64,000 nucleotides of DNA, taken from Felis catus. Its lineage: Eukaryota. Position numbers and translations under genes: made by a program. Below the pieces are notes generated by a model. The model saw only the letters and a program-made list of their open reading frames with translations, had not been told where the DNA came from and did no database searches. Numbering within the stretch: position 1 is the first letter of the stretch; every line of letters starts with the position of its first letter. Below are positions 1 through 13,695 of the stretch, piece after piece. Where the stretch lies: NCBI RefSeq assembly GCF_018350175.1, contig NC_058368.1, forward strand, positions 108,564,001-108,628,000, written 5' to 3'.

Positions 1-1838
1 TTAAGACTCTACACAGATGTTATTTATAGTTTATGTTAGCTTATATGCTCTGCATGTTTTTTATCTAACACTTTCAAAGAATGCTAACAGAAAATAAACA
101 TGCTAGAAGAGGCACCTCCCTTAACACACTGACACTGCTAAATCATGCATTCTCGATGGGAGCAAGATGGCTTCCCAAGAGGAGACAAAACAATCTTAAA
201 GGCTCCTTGGGGGGGGACAATAAAGGTAAAAAAAAAAGATTGAGAAACATCAGGCTAAATGTTAGTTTGTATCTCAACACATTTAATGATTGTCACACTT
301 AGATGTAATATCTAAATATTTTACTTTTTCTTTCCTATTTGACCAACTCTTTTGCCTCAACAATTAAATTTCATGCACTTGTAGATAAATACCACCTAGT
401 CTTCTCTTCCTCTACTCCTACTTACATTTGATCATCCAGATATTTTCACTGTTTCTTAAAATCAAAGTGTCTGGAATAATCTCTTACTATAGAGTATATG
501 TATCAGACATGATAAGTTATTTTATTCAATAATCATTTGCAATGCCTACTATGGAAATGGTACTGTTAATTGTTCTTTCCTGGGCCTTATCCATCAATGT
601 TGTCTCACTGAAATGGAAACATGGATGGTGATGCAAACTAACACTGAGCAACAATTAAAATCTTACGCTCTTACAAGACATAGAGAGAGAAGGGAGCCAA
701 GTACCTATACATGAGGAATTAGAGAAATTGCCCCCAATACTAGCAAACATTCTGAGTTTGGTTAAAAAAAAAAAAAAAAAAAAAGAATTGCTGTAGAAAG
801 AAGTGAAGAATGGATGAAGGGAAGGAGGGAGAAAGAGAAGAATGCTAAACTAGGCTACAAAAGATAATCAAAAATCTTTCTCAACATAACAACGTGGCAA
901 GAAGTGGTCACCATCAGAACCCCAAAGCACAATAGCCAAAAAGCACCATATTCAATTAGAGAAAGATATTCTGTACATGGAGCAGGTGACCTGAGTTTTT
1001 GAAAACCTGTAGACAGATTGTGCTTTACAGAAATCTGCTGCCAATTAGTCAATGTTCAATAAAATAACATTCACCATTCCCTCTAAAACACAGTGACCAG
1101 CAAAGAACTGGCAACTGAATGCATATTTAGGTCTTAAGCTAAAAATAAAAAGTCACAACAAGTATAGTTTTTTAAATTCCTCACTCCAATTAACTTTTTC
1201 TTTTAATCTGGAAGTTCCAACTATATCAGATAACAGAGCACCTTATTTTCCTTTCGATATATATTTACTGTGAATTAAAAAAAATAACAATAGTGAACAT
1301 ATGGGTCTGTATGAGCAATTCCCAATAATTTCTAGTAAAAGGACACAATTTTAATATTTTAAAAAATTTGGTATCCAGTAACTGAGAAAATATGAATAAA
1401 GGCTACTATGAACTCAGTACAGTATTAATCAAAAGAACATCTATATACTTGTGAAAAACGAAACTACATATTCAACAGTTATTTATTCAGTTTACAGATA
1501 GTTTATATAAAATGTGTTTATAAAGTCAAGGACCTAATTCAATAAATCTACTACAACTCAGGGGTTGAAACACCTAATATCAGGATATATACAAAATTAA
1601 ACAAATCACATACAGGATTACAGGAACCATAAAATACATGTGAAAATTACACTGTACAAAGTTTTAAAAGTATGGAAAAAAGATAAAATATAAATCACCG
1701 TCAGAGTATCACTGCATTTCTGCTAGGAGTCACACATTAAAGAATTGTTTAAAGTACATTTTCTTATGAAAGTAGGATTATCAGTAATAAGGCATCATTA
1801 TTATACAAATTCTGCTTTTCAAGAGAATTAAAAAAAAA

Positions 1839-2061
1839 TTTTTTTAATGTTTGTTTATTTTAGAGAGAGACAGAGACAGAGAGAGCACTAGCAGGGAAGG
1901 GGCAGAGAGAGGCGTTGTGGGGGGGAGACACAGAATCTGAAGCAGGCTCCAGGCTCTGAGCTGTCAGCACAGAGCCTGACCCAGGCCTCGAACTCATGAG
2001 TTATGAGAACAAGACCTAAGCTGAAGTATGACACTAACCGAGTGAGCCACCCAGCCGCTCC
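1839..2061 (-). mobile_element. Carnivore SINE (CanSINE)
   Basis: Poly(T) tail, (GA)n tract, ends gagccacccagccgctcc; degenerate TSD starting cttttca. Confidence 0.9.
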
Positions 2062-2299
2062 ACTTTTCAGTACAATTTAAACTCATTTTGTAAACAGTGA
2101 AAATTCCTCCCACATTGATAACTTGCTAATCACAAATTTTAGTTTATATATTATTTTGGTTTTTCTTGTTTCAGTTTCTTACTAAGTACTATGAGATGAT
2201 GAGAGAGATAAGGAATATAATGTACCTTCAATTAATTTCCTTAACAAGCAAGTGAATGAATGGCTGTATCAGAAAGTACCATTTCAATTCAAGAAGCTA

Positions 2300-2440
2300 A
2301 TTTTTTTTTTTAATTCTAATATAGTTAACACAGAGTGTTAATTAGTTTCAGGTGTACAATATAGCAATTCAACAATTCCATACAACACCCAGTGCTCATT
2401 ACAAGTGCACTCCTTAATCCCCATCACCTATTTCACCCAG
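2300..2440 (-). mobile_element. L1 3'-end fragment (carnivore type)
   Basis: Poly(T) followed by ttagtttcaggtgtacaatatag...ccatacaacacccagtgctcat. Confidence 0.8.
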
Positions 2441-2830
2441 GAAATTGTATGTTTCTAATTATTTCTCTTTCTAAGAAACTGAAATTCTCTAACCTGACAG
2501 AAAAATAATCCCATGATTTATATGTTAATCTCAGTTCAAAGAAATCAGTTATCAGTTTAGGCCTTTTCCTATCCAAAAAAAATCTTAATTTTTATATAAG
2601 CTGTTTATATCCAAGTATTTCTCTCCAATTATGTTTAGTAAACTAAAAATTATAGTAACACTAGATAACCTTTAATCTGTTTATCTTATCATTGAAGTCA
2701 CAATGAATTCAATTATACCTAGAATATTGATGAAATCCTAATGTCATTTACATTTTAATGAAAAGTATAGTCAGCTAATTGGCTGTAGGGTTACTATTAT
2801 TTTATCAAACTAGGCATTTACTAGTTTGTG

Positions 2831-2931
2831 AAAAATATAAAAATATATACTATATATAAAGTAAAATATACATTTTATATGTAACATAAAGTAAAAATAT
2901 AAATATTACTATGCATAAAGTAAAAATATAA
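2831..2931. repeat. Degenerate AT-rich minisatellite (core ataaagtaaaa(a)tata, ~30-bp period)
   Basis: The core is visible three times, plus a partial copy. Confidence 0.7.
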
Positions 2932-5589
2932 CCAGTTACCAGCATTAAAGATCCCCAAATCCATTTATACCTACCCACTAATCTAACATGTATAAAGTCA
3001 CATGCATGAAGTTAAAATTTTACAAAAAGTATTTCAAAGTAAACAAATTAATAATCTACAATATAAATTCTTGTTGAAATGGAACTCAGCAAGAGTAAAT
3101 TTCTATAAGAGGATATCATATATCACATCTACTGTAAGAGTTCCTTAATATTTTTCAGCATCACATACGCCTAATTGAAATATACCTGACTTAGGTGGTT
3201 TTTAACTCTCTGACATTAATCTGTATACCTGAGAAATTAAGAACCCGTAGTGGAACCCCAAAAGAATGTTAAAATGAGTTAAATAATTCAAAGGGCCAGT
3301 ATCCAAGTTGTTAACTGAGTTACACATATTGAAAAAATACTTTAAAACTTCATAGTAGGATTCATTTAAAATATAAAAACAATGTACCTTAGTCTAAATT
3401 CACTGCTAATTCAGATTATTTAACTCCAGTCATAAATGACTAATTGGGACACGTAAGATGTTCAGAGCATAAAAAACATTACCAGAAAACTTCAGCCCCA
3501 TGTCATTAAAATTAAAGAATAATATTAACTATAAAAATAATAAGATTATAAAAAAATAGATTATGATTAATAAATTAATACAATATCAATTTTAATTTAA
3601 ATTTTACTTATATATGTATGAAATACAAACACAATAGCAAACTGCTTTTCAAATATCTGTAATAATTGCTCCTATGTAAACAGGAGAAAAAAAAGCAGTG
3701 AATGACCAAGTAAGACACATATACACCAATGATCAATGTACAGTACTTATAAATTATACATTTAAAATAATGAAAACCATCTGCTTAAAACATTCTCAAG
3801 AAGTCCTTCTAATTAAATTTATCATCACAATTTTAATCTACTTTTCATAAAATAAGTATATCTAAAAGTCTCAGCATTTAAATTTTTGCTTCAGATATTT
3901 TGAAGCAAACTTATCACCAAATTTATAACTAGATTTAGGATGACTCTGAGGTACAACATTTGAAAATAACATCTGAAGTTAAACTGTACATTAGTGGCAT
4001 TTCTGTTTCTCTTACACAGTTCCACTTTTCAAAATCCCTAAAAACTCCAGTTATGCACAACTGCCAACTCAGGTTAATAATAGCAATGAACCATATTTAT
4101 ATGAAACCACAAGACTGTCAGGTGACATACCAAGAAGTCTGAATTTAACTCAAATAAAAGCTTCTCCAAGCTGCAATGAAAAAGGCTTAATCCTAGCAAC
4201 AGAACCATGCGCGCGAACGAGAGTCTTTGGGAAATCTATTGCCCATGACAAAAGTCTATTTTTGCATAAGTCTTCAACTTTTCAGTCCTACCATTTCACA
4301 ACTAGGATCCTATTCTTTTGTTGCACTGAAGACTCTGAGATTTTTAGAGAAGCATAGTATGACTACATTTCAATTCCTTTATGTCTTCTATAAATACATA
4401 ATTAAAGAAAATCAACCTAAGTATTGTGTCAACTAAGTGCTTCCCTGGCAGCTGCTGCAGCCTAGGAATGCCGATTTTTTTTTAAGGGCGCTTTAACTCA
4501 ACAATAGCTGGTCTGCGCAGAGGCAACCATGGCTAGTTTCCAGCAATTCAACAATCCCCATCTATAAGGAACTTAGGCTAATCTAATAAACAAGAAGACA
4601 GAATAGCTCCTTTTTAACTTCTCTGTGTCCCAACTCTGCCATTTCAGACAAGCACACACACACATTCTTGGAAGCCACACCAAGCTTGTATTCTACCCAG
4701 ATGACAAGCAACTGGAAAAGCAAGCCCTGATGATCACAGCAGCGGTCACATGTAAACTGGCTCATTAATCTGAACGCCGTGTTGAATTCAGACAGACAAG
4801 TCTAGCACAAAATATGACCTCTGAATTTATAAAGTTTATATTTATAAGATTATTCATTTAAAATATAAAAATAAAAATATATTTTTATATACTTCAATAA
4901 AACTACCATGTCACATTACTTGGTTGGTTTTGAAATAGAGATATTTCAGCTTGCTTTAAAAACAGTCTTTCACCAGGTTTGTATTTTAACATATATAAGC
5001 ATGTTCTTTCAGAAAAAGCAAAGAGACCATCTGTGTATTATGCTGATATGACTACTGCAGTAACACAAATGCCTTAATACAATAAGCTATTAATCCACAA
5101 CCTAATGGGCAATATGCTAAGACCAAGAATCATTCCCCACATCTAACATGGCAGAAACAAAAGAACGGGCTCTGAATCAGCCTAACTTAGGTTTAAATCT
5201 CAACTCTGCCACATAGGGGCTGAATGTGATCTTAGAAAATGCCTTAACTTCTCTGGTCCTCAGAATGCCCATCTGTAAGACAGGACTATCTCTATGATTA
5301 GTACAGGCATTGTGTTTTATGTCTTTAACACTTAAAACAGTGTGCCACACATATCTAGAATTCAGTAACATTTGCTGAATTACTAACACGCTGCTAGAAC
5401 TACCTGTCTCTTCCAAGTACATTGCCTTTTGTCTCGACTGTAAAGACTCTAACTTTTCTTTATTTTAATTGTAATACTTTATAATTAATTCTAACAATCC
5501 TGGTACTTGTTGAGATATATAAATATCTGCCACAGTGGTACTAGCAATTTCTCCACAATTCATTAGGCAGAAACTTAAAGTCCATCTTT

Positions 5590-5770
5590 CATCTTTGGGG
5601 GCATGGGACAGATGAGTAATTTCTATATCATCTGCTCAATTTTGTTGGGAACCTAAATCACAGCATAATGTATAGAGATGCTAAATCACTGTGTTATATG
5701 CCTGAAACTAATGCAGCATTGTGTCAACTACACTCAAATGAAAAAAAAAATTTTAATAAAAAATAAAAAA
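5590..5770 (+). mobile_element. Short L1 3'-end insertion
   Basis: cctgaaactaat...tgtcaactacactcaaat plus an A tail; flanked by tccatcttt at 5581 and 5771. Confidence 0.7.
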
Positions 5771-6275
5771 TCCATCTTTGATTGTTCAAGTTAGAAACCT
5801 GCATACAGACACAAAAGCAAATTGAATGATTCACAAGGTTTAACAGATCTAAGGTTTCACACGTCATTCATAACAGGCCTGTAATGCAAATCTGGGTTTA
5901 TTATAATCACATGTAATACAAGCATGTTTACTTCACCACTAAATGTATTAAAGGGGAAAAAAATAGAAACAACTATTATGCCCGTCAATAGGAGACTTGA
6001 TAAGTAAACTGCACTAACATTCATTCAGTAGAATACTGTACAAGAATGTAAAAGGATGAAACAGAGCTCTATACAAAGATCTCCAAGCTAATTACTACAT
6101 GAAGAAAAAACAAGGTTCAAAATAGTATGTATACCATCATAGTGAATGCAAATAAACATAAACATAATATTCTCGTAGGTACATTAAAGTAAAATAAGAT
6201 AAAGTAAGATTTTCAACTAAGATAAATATGAAACTCAATACAAAGATACACAAGCACCTGTTAAAAAAAAAATGA

Positions 6276-6492
6276 GGGGCGCCTGGGTGGCGCAGTCGGT
6301 TGAGTGTCCGACTTCAGCCAGGTCACGATCTCGCGGTCCGTGAGTTCGAGCCCCGCGTCGGGCTCTGGGCTGATGGCTCAGAGCCTGGAGCCTGTTTCCG
6401 ATTCTGTGTCTCCCTCTCTCTCTGCCCCTCCCCCGTTCATGCTCTGTCTCTCTCTGTCCCAAAAATAAATAAACGTTGAAAAAAAAAAAAAT
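6276..6492 (+). mobile_element. Young felid SINE (SINEC_Fc type)
   Basis: ggggcgcctgggtggcgcagtcggtt head with CpGs intact, (CT)n tract and A tail; TSD (a)n-tga. Confidence 0.95.
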
Positions 6493-8020
6493 GATCCCCC
6501 CAGGAAATAAAAGTAGAAAGTGGAAAAAGGAAGGAAGACTTATTTTCAAATTATGTTCTTTACCTCTAATCAGGTACCAAAACTTTACGTTCATTTCAAT
6601 AAGCACTTCTTTGACTCCCCAAGACACCTTCTTGTCTAAGAAATACCAAATAGCTTGAAAACCATCATAATCTTACAGAAAGACATGATCTGTTTTTCCA
6701 CTGAAGAACTTGTCAGAGAAAGCTTGATAGCCACTAGCTCAAAAACCAGCATAGTGTCACAAAACTAAGAAAAAAAATGGAAGAAAAAGGAAGTGTTCCA
6801 AAACAGGAAAGCCAGTGGGTGAATTAGCTTATTTCTCTAATGTCAACCTACTAAAGTATTTTTACCTAGAGGCTCAAACCAAAAATGCAGAAGTTACCAA
6901 CTCTTATTTATTCTACCTCCGAAATGTCTCACGTCAGACCACCACCCCAAACACACTGGCACCATCCTTATGTGAGCTACCGCATCTAACTACTTAAAAT
7001 AGTCTCCCAACCTCTACTTCTGCCCCCCTCCAGTTTACTCTCCACAGTGTAGCCAGAGTGGGAAAAATCTCCATAGCATAATTGTCTTCTTCCCCCCAAC
7101 AGAAAGCCCTAAGCTATCAACGTAGTGGATATACAGTGGATGTACCACTGTACATCCCCTATCTTGGTACTTAACAGACTACTGTCGTAATTTCCTGTTT
7201 ATTGTCTCCATTTTTATCAGACCATAAGCCCTGCGAGGACAGGACCATACTTCTCTCTTGCACACAAGTATATTCCACTGTCTAGCACTATGGATGATAG
7301 TGGCTTGGCAATAAGTCAAAACTATTTTCTGATGACATTTCTTATCTTGAGATTAATGTTAAGAAAACACTACCATAGGATCTTGGTAGCTTTTTTTAAT
7401 GAGAATGAAATAAAAACATCCCTTTCGGTACCTACTTGCTCATACTTACTCTGAGGTACACAGTTATTTCAAGGGGTAATGCATTCACTCTTTCCCCCAA
7501 TTCTTTATCCGCAAAAAAAGAGAATAATCATTGTAAGTACAATATAAACTGGTTATATACACAGTCCTCTTTTCTCTTTTCCTCCAAGATCAGTTGGGAA
7601 AGAGGGTGTCCAGGTCACAAATATTAGGCAGACTTTATGGGAAGCTATGAGAACATTTAACTGTATATCCCCTTTCTTTCCCTTAATTTTCTTTCTCAGT
7701 GCTGATCGAATTTTAATGTGTAAATCTTTTACAAAGAGTATTTAAAATATTTGTAACTCACAGAACCTGGCCTCTAATCTTCATGAGGTTTGAACATCAT
7801 TTAAGCTTCTTAAATCTCTATTTGCTCATCCACAAAATGATTAATAAAATTCCTCTCCTCAACCAACCTCAATCACAGACAGACTTGTTGTTGGGAGAAT
7901 CAAATAAAAAGCGTGAGAGCAATCTACAAACTATTGCTTCCATTTCTGTCTACTTGGGGACAGGGCATTCATTCTATAAGAAACCTAGAAAACTACCATG
8001 AATAAAGCCAGAGAACAGTG

Positions 8021-8559
8021 TGTAGAAAAGATTTAATATGGCAGGCCTAAGACTGCTATCCTTAGAAAGGCATGTTTGCAACATTAGCCTTTGGCTGGCA
8101 TCTGTGAACTTGACAGGTAAACAGTTTCCTACCCTGACATGAAACGTTCCCTCACTGGTAAGTGTAGCTTACTACGACTAACCTGTACAATGTGGGTTAT
8201 GCTGAAAACTTGCTTTTCTTCTGGGAATCTGGATTTTGATCCATGCTACTCAGAGGTACCTATATGCCCAGTCCCCAATAAAAACCTTAGGCATTACCTG
8301 ATCAGTCCCCAGTAATAATACATAACAGCTATAGGATTTAAAAGCATCTTTAAAAGCATCACTGGAAAAGAACACTTGAAAGAGTACACCTGATTTCCTC
8401 TGGACCTTGTTCCAAGGGCCTTTTCCTTTGCTGATTTGTACAAACTTTGTATCTTTTCGCTGTAACAAATTTGAGCTCTAGTATGACCATATAAGGAGTT
8501 CTGTGAGTTCTTCCAGTGAATCACCAAGGCTGGGGGTGGTCTTGTAGTACCCCAACACA
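8021..8559 (+). mobile_element. Solo LTR, MER21-like
   Basis: TG...CA ends, gcaggcctaagactgctatccttagaaaggc motif, internal aataaa at ~8277. The family name is from recall. Confidence 0.72.
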
Positions 8560-9131
8560 ATAAAAAAATGTACTCATGTAATAAGTAGTATGCAGGTCTG
8601 TAAAGGGCATTAAGTTTGCAGTATGAAAACAAAAGTAGTGCTACTTTACCCAGTATTATTTAAAAACAAAAGCAAAAAAACAATTTTGCTCAGTTATGCA
8701 ATAAATGTTTTCATCCTATCCTGTCCCTCTAGTTACACAAGCCCTCCACTTTACTAATTCCAGTACACATGCCTTCTGATTGAGCTAGAATCTCTGCAGC
8801 CTGGCACTTCAATGTTCCCTTTACCACCACCTACATTTTCCCAGATTCCATACTTTCTATTCTTGGCTATTTTCTAATCCTGAATCCCTACCACCACCAG
8901 ATTCCCCACCATAAACTTGCTTTCTCAACTGAAGAGACTTGCTACAGGAAAACAGAAACTGTACAGTGATCTAATGAGCCACTGCCGTGGCATAGCACAC
9001 CTCAAACTTATCTCTTACTCATTATGTAAATATTCCACATTTAGTGCTACAATTGTTATCTGACACCATTAAAAGTTCATCATTATATCCCAAAATCTCC
9101 ACAGCCATTCAAATTGAAAACTAAAATAAGA

Positions 9132-9630
9132 CTGTAGTTAACCGTTCCCTGGAGTTTCCTTTCTCCCTTCCTTCCTTTTAATAACATACCTACCAGAGTT
9201 TTCAGAGGCACGAGGCTACCTATCTAGACACTGATTTCCCAGTTTCCCTTGCATCTAAGCGTGGTCATACTACTATATTCAAGTTAATGGACTACAACAG
9301 GAATTGATGTGTGCAATTTCTAGGTCATCTCCTGAAATACCAAATGCTTTTCCTTCTCTCCTTAACCCTTTCCTGATAGCTAGGAGACAACAATAACTAG
9401 CACAGTCTCTTGGGACTCAGGAAGGGAAGCCACATGTTAAAGATGGCAGAGCTGTCCTAGCTAACCTACCAGTGTGGAACACAAATTGACTTCACACAAC
9501 TACACTGATAACCTACCAAGAATTACCTACCCAGTTTTTTTTTTTTTTTTAATGTAAGAAAGAAACAATTTTATCTTATTTTACTGTATCTTGTAGACTC
9601 TGTTACAAGCTTGGCTTACACCCTGATACA
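9132..9630. mobile_element. MaLR (MLT1-like) LTR
   Basis: atttcccagtttcccttgcatctaagcgtggtcat and gaagccacatgttaaagatggcagag motifs; ends in ...gataca. Confidence 0.65.
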
Positions 9631-10785
9631 TAGCTATACCACTTTGGGTTTGAGCCTCACTTCTTAGGCAAATTGTTTTCCCTTTCTGAGGTCAAAATCC
9701 ATAGAAGACCAACTTCAACTCTGAATTTATTATTGGTATACATTGCTCTGACTTCTGTCAAACCTGACTTTTTAACAGTGCAATGCATAAGATATATCAC
9801 TATGCTATATTTCAGGAGCAAAAATTTACAGAGCAAGCTTCATTATATATAACCCCGCATTAAAAATGAGATAGTCTTAGGATGCTTAATAGAAATCTTA
9901 AACACATAAATTCAAATAAACACACTTTATGGGAAGGAATTCAGCACAGTAGTTAAATGATTTTAAAAGCAGAGAGACCAAGGTATAAAATCCCAGCTCT
10001 GTCATTTATTGCTGTATTGGTAAATATTACAACTATCAGTGTAAATAACAATACTTATTTCATTCTTGTGTAAGGATTTAGAGGAGCTTAATTTAGTACA
10101 AAGCATTTGGCACAATTCCTAGGATGCTATAAATATACAATAAAAGATAGCTATTATTAACTGACAAACTACATTTTACTCACTGAACACACCTACATTA
10201 GAGACGTATTTTGCGCCAGGCACAACACTAAGCTTAAGATATAAAAATATACATAATTATTCTATGCTACAGAAATATTAGCATTGAAAATATCTATTTT
10301 TATTATTATTATAAGTAAAAGTGAAAACACAGGCTTCTGTAGAGGTAAAAACAGCCATCTCAGCCCTGGAAGGGCCTATAATATAATTAAGAAGACAGGG
10401 TATATACCAAAATATTAATCATTTACAAAATGGAGTTTACAATATAAGATACATTCTAAAGTTTTTAGAAATTTATACACTTGAGGGGGCAGGGTGATAT
10501 CAGGAGACAGACACAGCACTGACCAGAACTCACAAGATCAGAGTAAAATATAAGCAACAGGGTCAAAGACTTACTAAACCCAAGGACCGTGCATAATTTG
10601 GAAAATAAGGGTAGAAAGGTAAAATTCACCCACCAAAAATCTCACATATAAGAATTCTAAAACTTTCAGATATGACCAAAAAACACAAAAACCAAAAAAC
10701 AAAAAACCCAGGAATATCACACATTCTTTAGCAAGTGAGTAACACAATTTAGGTGCTGTTAAAAATGTTAAAAATGTAACAGAGA

Positions 10786-11010
10786 GGGGGTGCCTGGATA
10801 GCTGAGTCGGTTAACCATCCCACCCTGGATTTCTTCGGTTCAGGTCATGATTTCAAAGGTTCCTGGGATTGAGCCCCAGCCCCTCACCAGGCTCTGCGCT
10901 GTGAGCATAGAGCCTGTTTAGGATTCTCTCTCCCTGTCTCTCTCTGCCCCTCTCCCACACACGTGCACATGCTCTCCCTTGCTCTCTCAAAATAAATAAA
11001 CTTAAAAAAA
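10786..11010 (+). mobile_element. CanSINE
   Basis: Typical head and tail; TSD atgtaacagaga. Confidence 0.9.
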
Positions 11011-11107
11011 GATGTAACAGAGAGAACCAACCTGAAATTACCAATACTGGGCCTAAAATGGTGGAAATGGCAATGGTGACAAAGGGATTTAAGAAAGCAA
11101 GAATGAA

Positions 11108-11318
11108 GGGCGCCTGGGTGGCTCAGTTGGTTAAGCCTACGACTTTGGCTGAAGTCATGATCTCATGGTTTGTAATTTCAAGCCCTGCATCCAGCTCTGC
11201 ACTGACAGTGCAGAGCCTGCTTGGGATTCTCTCTCTCCCCGCCCCTACACTACTTGTGCTCTCTCTCTAAACAAATAAATAAACCTAAAAAAAACAAAAA
11301 CAAAAAAAAACAAAAACA
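11108..11318 (+). mobile_element. CanSINE
   Basis: Typical head and tail; TSD caagaatgaa. Confidence 0.9.
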
Positions 11319-13089
11319 AGAATGAAAAAGGTTTAGTGGATAATTAAATATAATATACTAGGACTGTGCAAACTATTCTTTAAGATAACCTAGAGTAGAA
11401 ATAAGAAGCCTAAACAATTTGATTTTATAATTATCCTAGAGTGGAGGGATGTCAAAATGAAGATGCCCAAAAGGAAGCTAAAATGTGTGTGTGTCTGCTG
11501 TGAAGTCAGGACCAGAGATATAATTTTGAAAATCAGCACAAGGCAACTGACAGCTTCTAGAGTAAATTTTTTTTTCCTTTCTCTTTGCCTTTGTCTCCAC
11601 TTTTGAAACAATCGTCACATTAAAAAAATTAATCTATTTTTAGGGGGAAAAAATCTCAGCATTCTTGAGGATATGAAAAACTGAAAAAATAGGCAGATAG
11701 CCTAAAAATGTCCCTTTTTAGCTAGTGGCTTGCCAGTAAGTTTAACTTCTAAGTTACAGAAGAAAAAAGTTTTACAACCAGGCTATAGTATTTTATATAT
11801 TTAATAATCAACCTGAAGGTCACTGTTTTGAAAAAGATCTTTTAACTCACAAAATGCTTCTGGAATTATGAGAATCAAGAAGTTATCTGAAAGAAAGCAA
11901 ATATCACCGAGTTGTCATATATTAAAGTATTCTGAATTCCCAGTCCTGACCGAATCAGACTTGGAGTTAGTAACTTTTGTTGTAAAACTGGGGCTAGGAA
12001 TCATGCTCTTCTTTTTGTAATAAAAGCTGAAAAGTAATTGATTGACTGATAGATACATACACAAACTTACATATAAAAAGTATTCTGAATTCCCAAAAAG
12101 GAAAATCATAAGGAGTCATTTTTCAATATCAGCCTAATACTTGAAAATTGGGATGTTGTCTAAAATACAGAGGTAGATTTTAGAAGTCTATGTGCTATAC
12201 AGGCTGTTCAGAGAAAACTTGACAAATAAGAACTAGAAATAAGTTAATTCAGAATTACAGTAGTGATTCCTAAGGTACATATAATAAAAGCAAAAACTTG
12301 CAAAATTAAACAGAATCTCAATAACACCAATTCCATTAGATTATTCAATCTTTTCAATATAATTTTTTAACCCATAATTTAAATTGCTAACAATTCTCAA
12401 AATAACCTCTGAACCACAAAACATACAAATATCCCTAGTATCTATCACTTTCATTTCTCGCGACCATCCTAAAATCCAAGCCCTCAAATTTTCCTAAGTA
12501 GATATAGCCATCTTTTCAACTTAAGGTTCTCTGTTCCAACTCATTCCAGTCTTATAGGAATATAATGCTTCATCAGGTCATTCCACTACTACAAAACAAT
12601 CTATGACTCCTTATTTCCTTTCACATGAATGCTTACAAATTTTCTAAGATAACCAAACCTCCATAAATCTTTAGATTTACCTGTAAGAGAGCCCAATCAT
12701 GCCACACACACATTCCCATTCTACCTTAAAGGGAAAGGTGCTCCTCTCCATCTTCCAAATCTGTCAAGTTGATCCTATCCCTTCTGGTTTCTGGTTCAAT
12801 CTTGCCTGTTTCTTTTAACTCTGATTTGCTTCTTCCACCCATTTATCTCTAAAAATTTCCAGGATACTACTGACCCATTTCTACCCCTTCTAAATCAAAC
12901 TTGAAAAGTTACCTAACACAATTTCTTAATGCCCCATTCAACTTTGCACAACATTTGGCACTGTCACATCCTTGCACTCTATTCAATGACTCTCATCCTG
13001 TTTGCAACACATTAACATTTCTTGGTTATCTTTCTGAATTCTGATACTAGGGTTTGGAGCCCAGATACACGTGTTTTTATAAACCTTCA

Positions 13090-13695
13090 CACATATAATG
13101 GAATACTATACAGCAACAAAAACAAACTACTGATAAAGGCAATAATATACATGAATCTCAAAAGCATTTATACTAAGTGAAAGAACCTGATACAAAAGCC
13201 TACAAAATATGTAATTTCACTTATATGACATTCTGGAACAGGAAAAACTATAGAGAGAAAAACGTTATCAGTGGTTGTCAGGAACCGGACGTGGGAGAGA
13301 GGAGAATCACTACACAAGGAATACAAGAGGATTTGCGGGGATGATGGAAATGTTCTGTTCTCAATTGTGGTGGTGATTATATGACTACATATTTGTAAAA
13401 CTCATCAAAAACTCCAAGTCTAGGGGTGCCTGGGTGGCTCAGTCAGTTGAGCCTCAGACTTCAGCTCAGGTCATGATCTCATGTTTTGTGAGTTCGAGCC
13501 CTGTGTCGGGCTCTGTGCTGACAGCTCAGAGCCTGGAGCCTGCTTCAGATTCTGTGTTTCCCTCTCTCTCTGACCCTCCCCCATTCATGCTCTGTCTCTG
13601 TCTCAAAAATAAATAAACATTAAAAAAAAAAGTGAATTTTAAAGCATGAAAATTACATCTCAGTAAAACTAACCTAAAAAAAAAAAAAAAAAAAA
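13090..13695 (+). mobile_element. Old L1M 3' end with a nested CanSINE (13423-13631)
   Basis: aatggaatactat...catgaatctcaaaagcatt...ctaagtgaaagaa L1M motifs; SINE head ggggtgcctgggtggctcagtc. Confidence 0.85.

Noticed and set aside
6235..6627. Recurrent ORFs such as MAQSVKRPT... and ...RGRGRERGRHRI... here and at many other positions
   Set aside because: Translations of CanSINE sequence.
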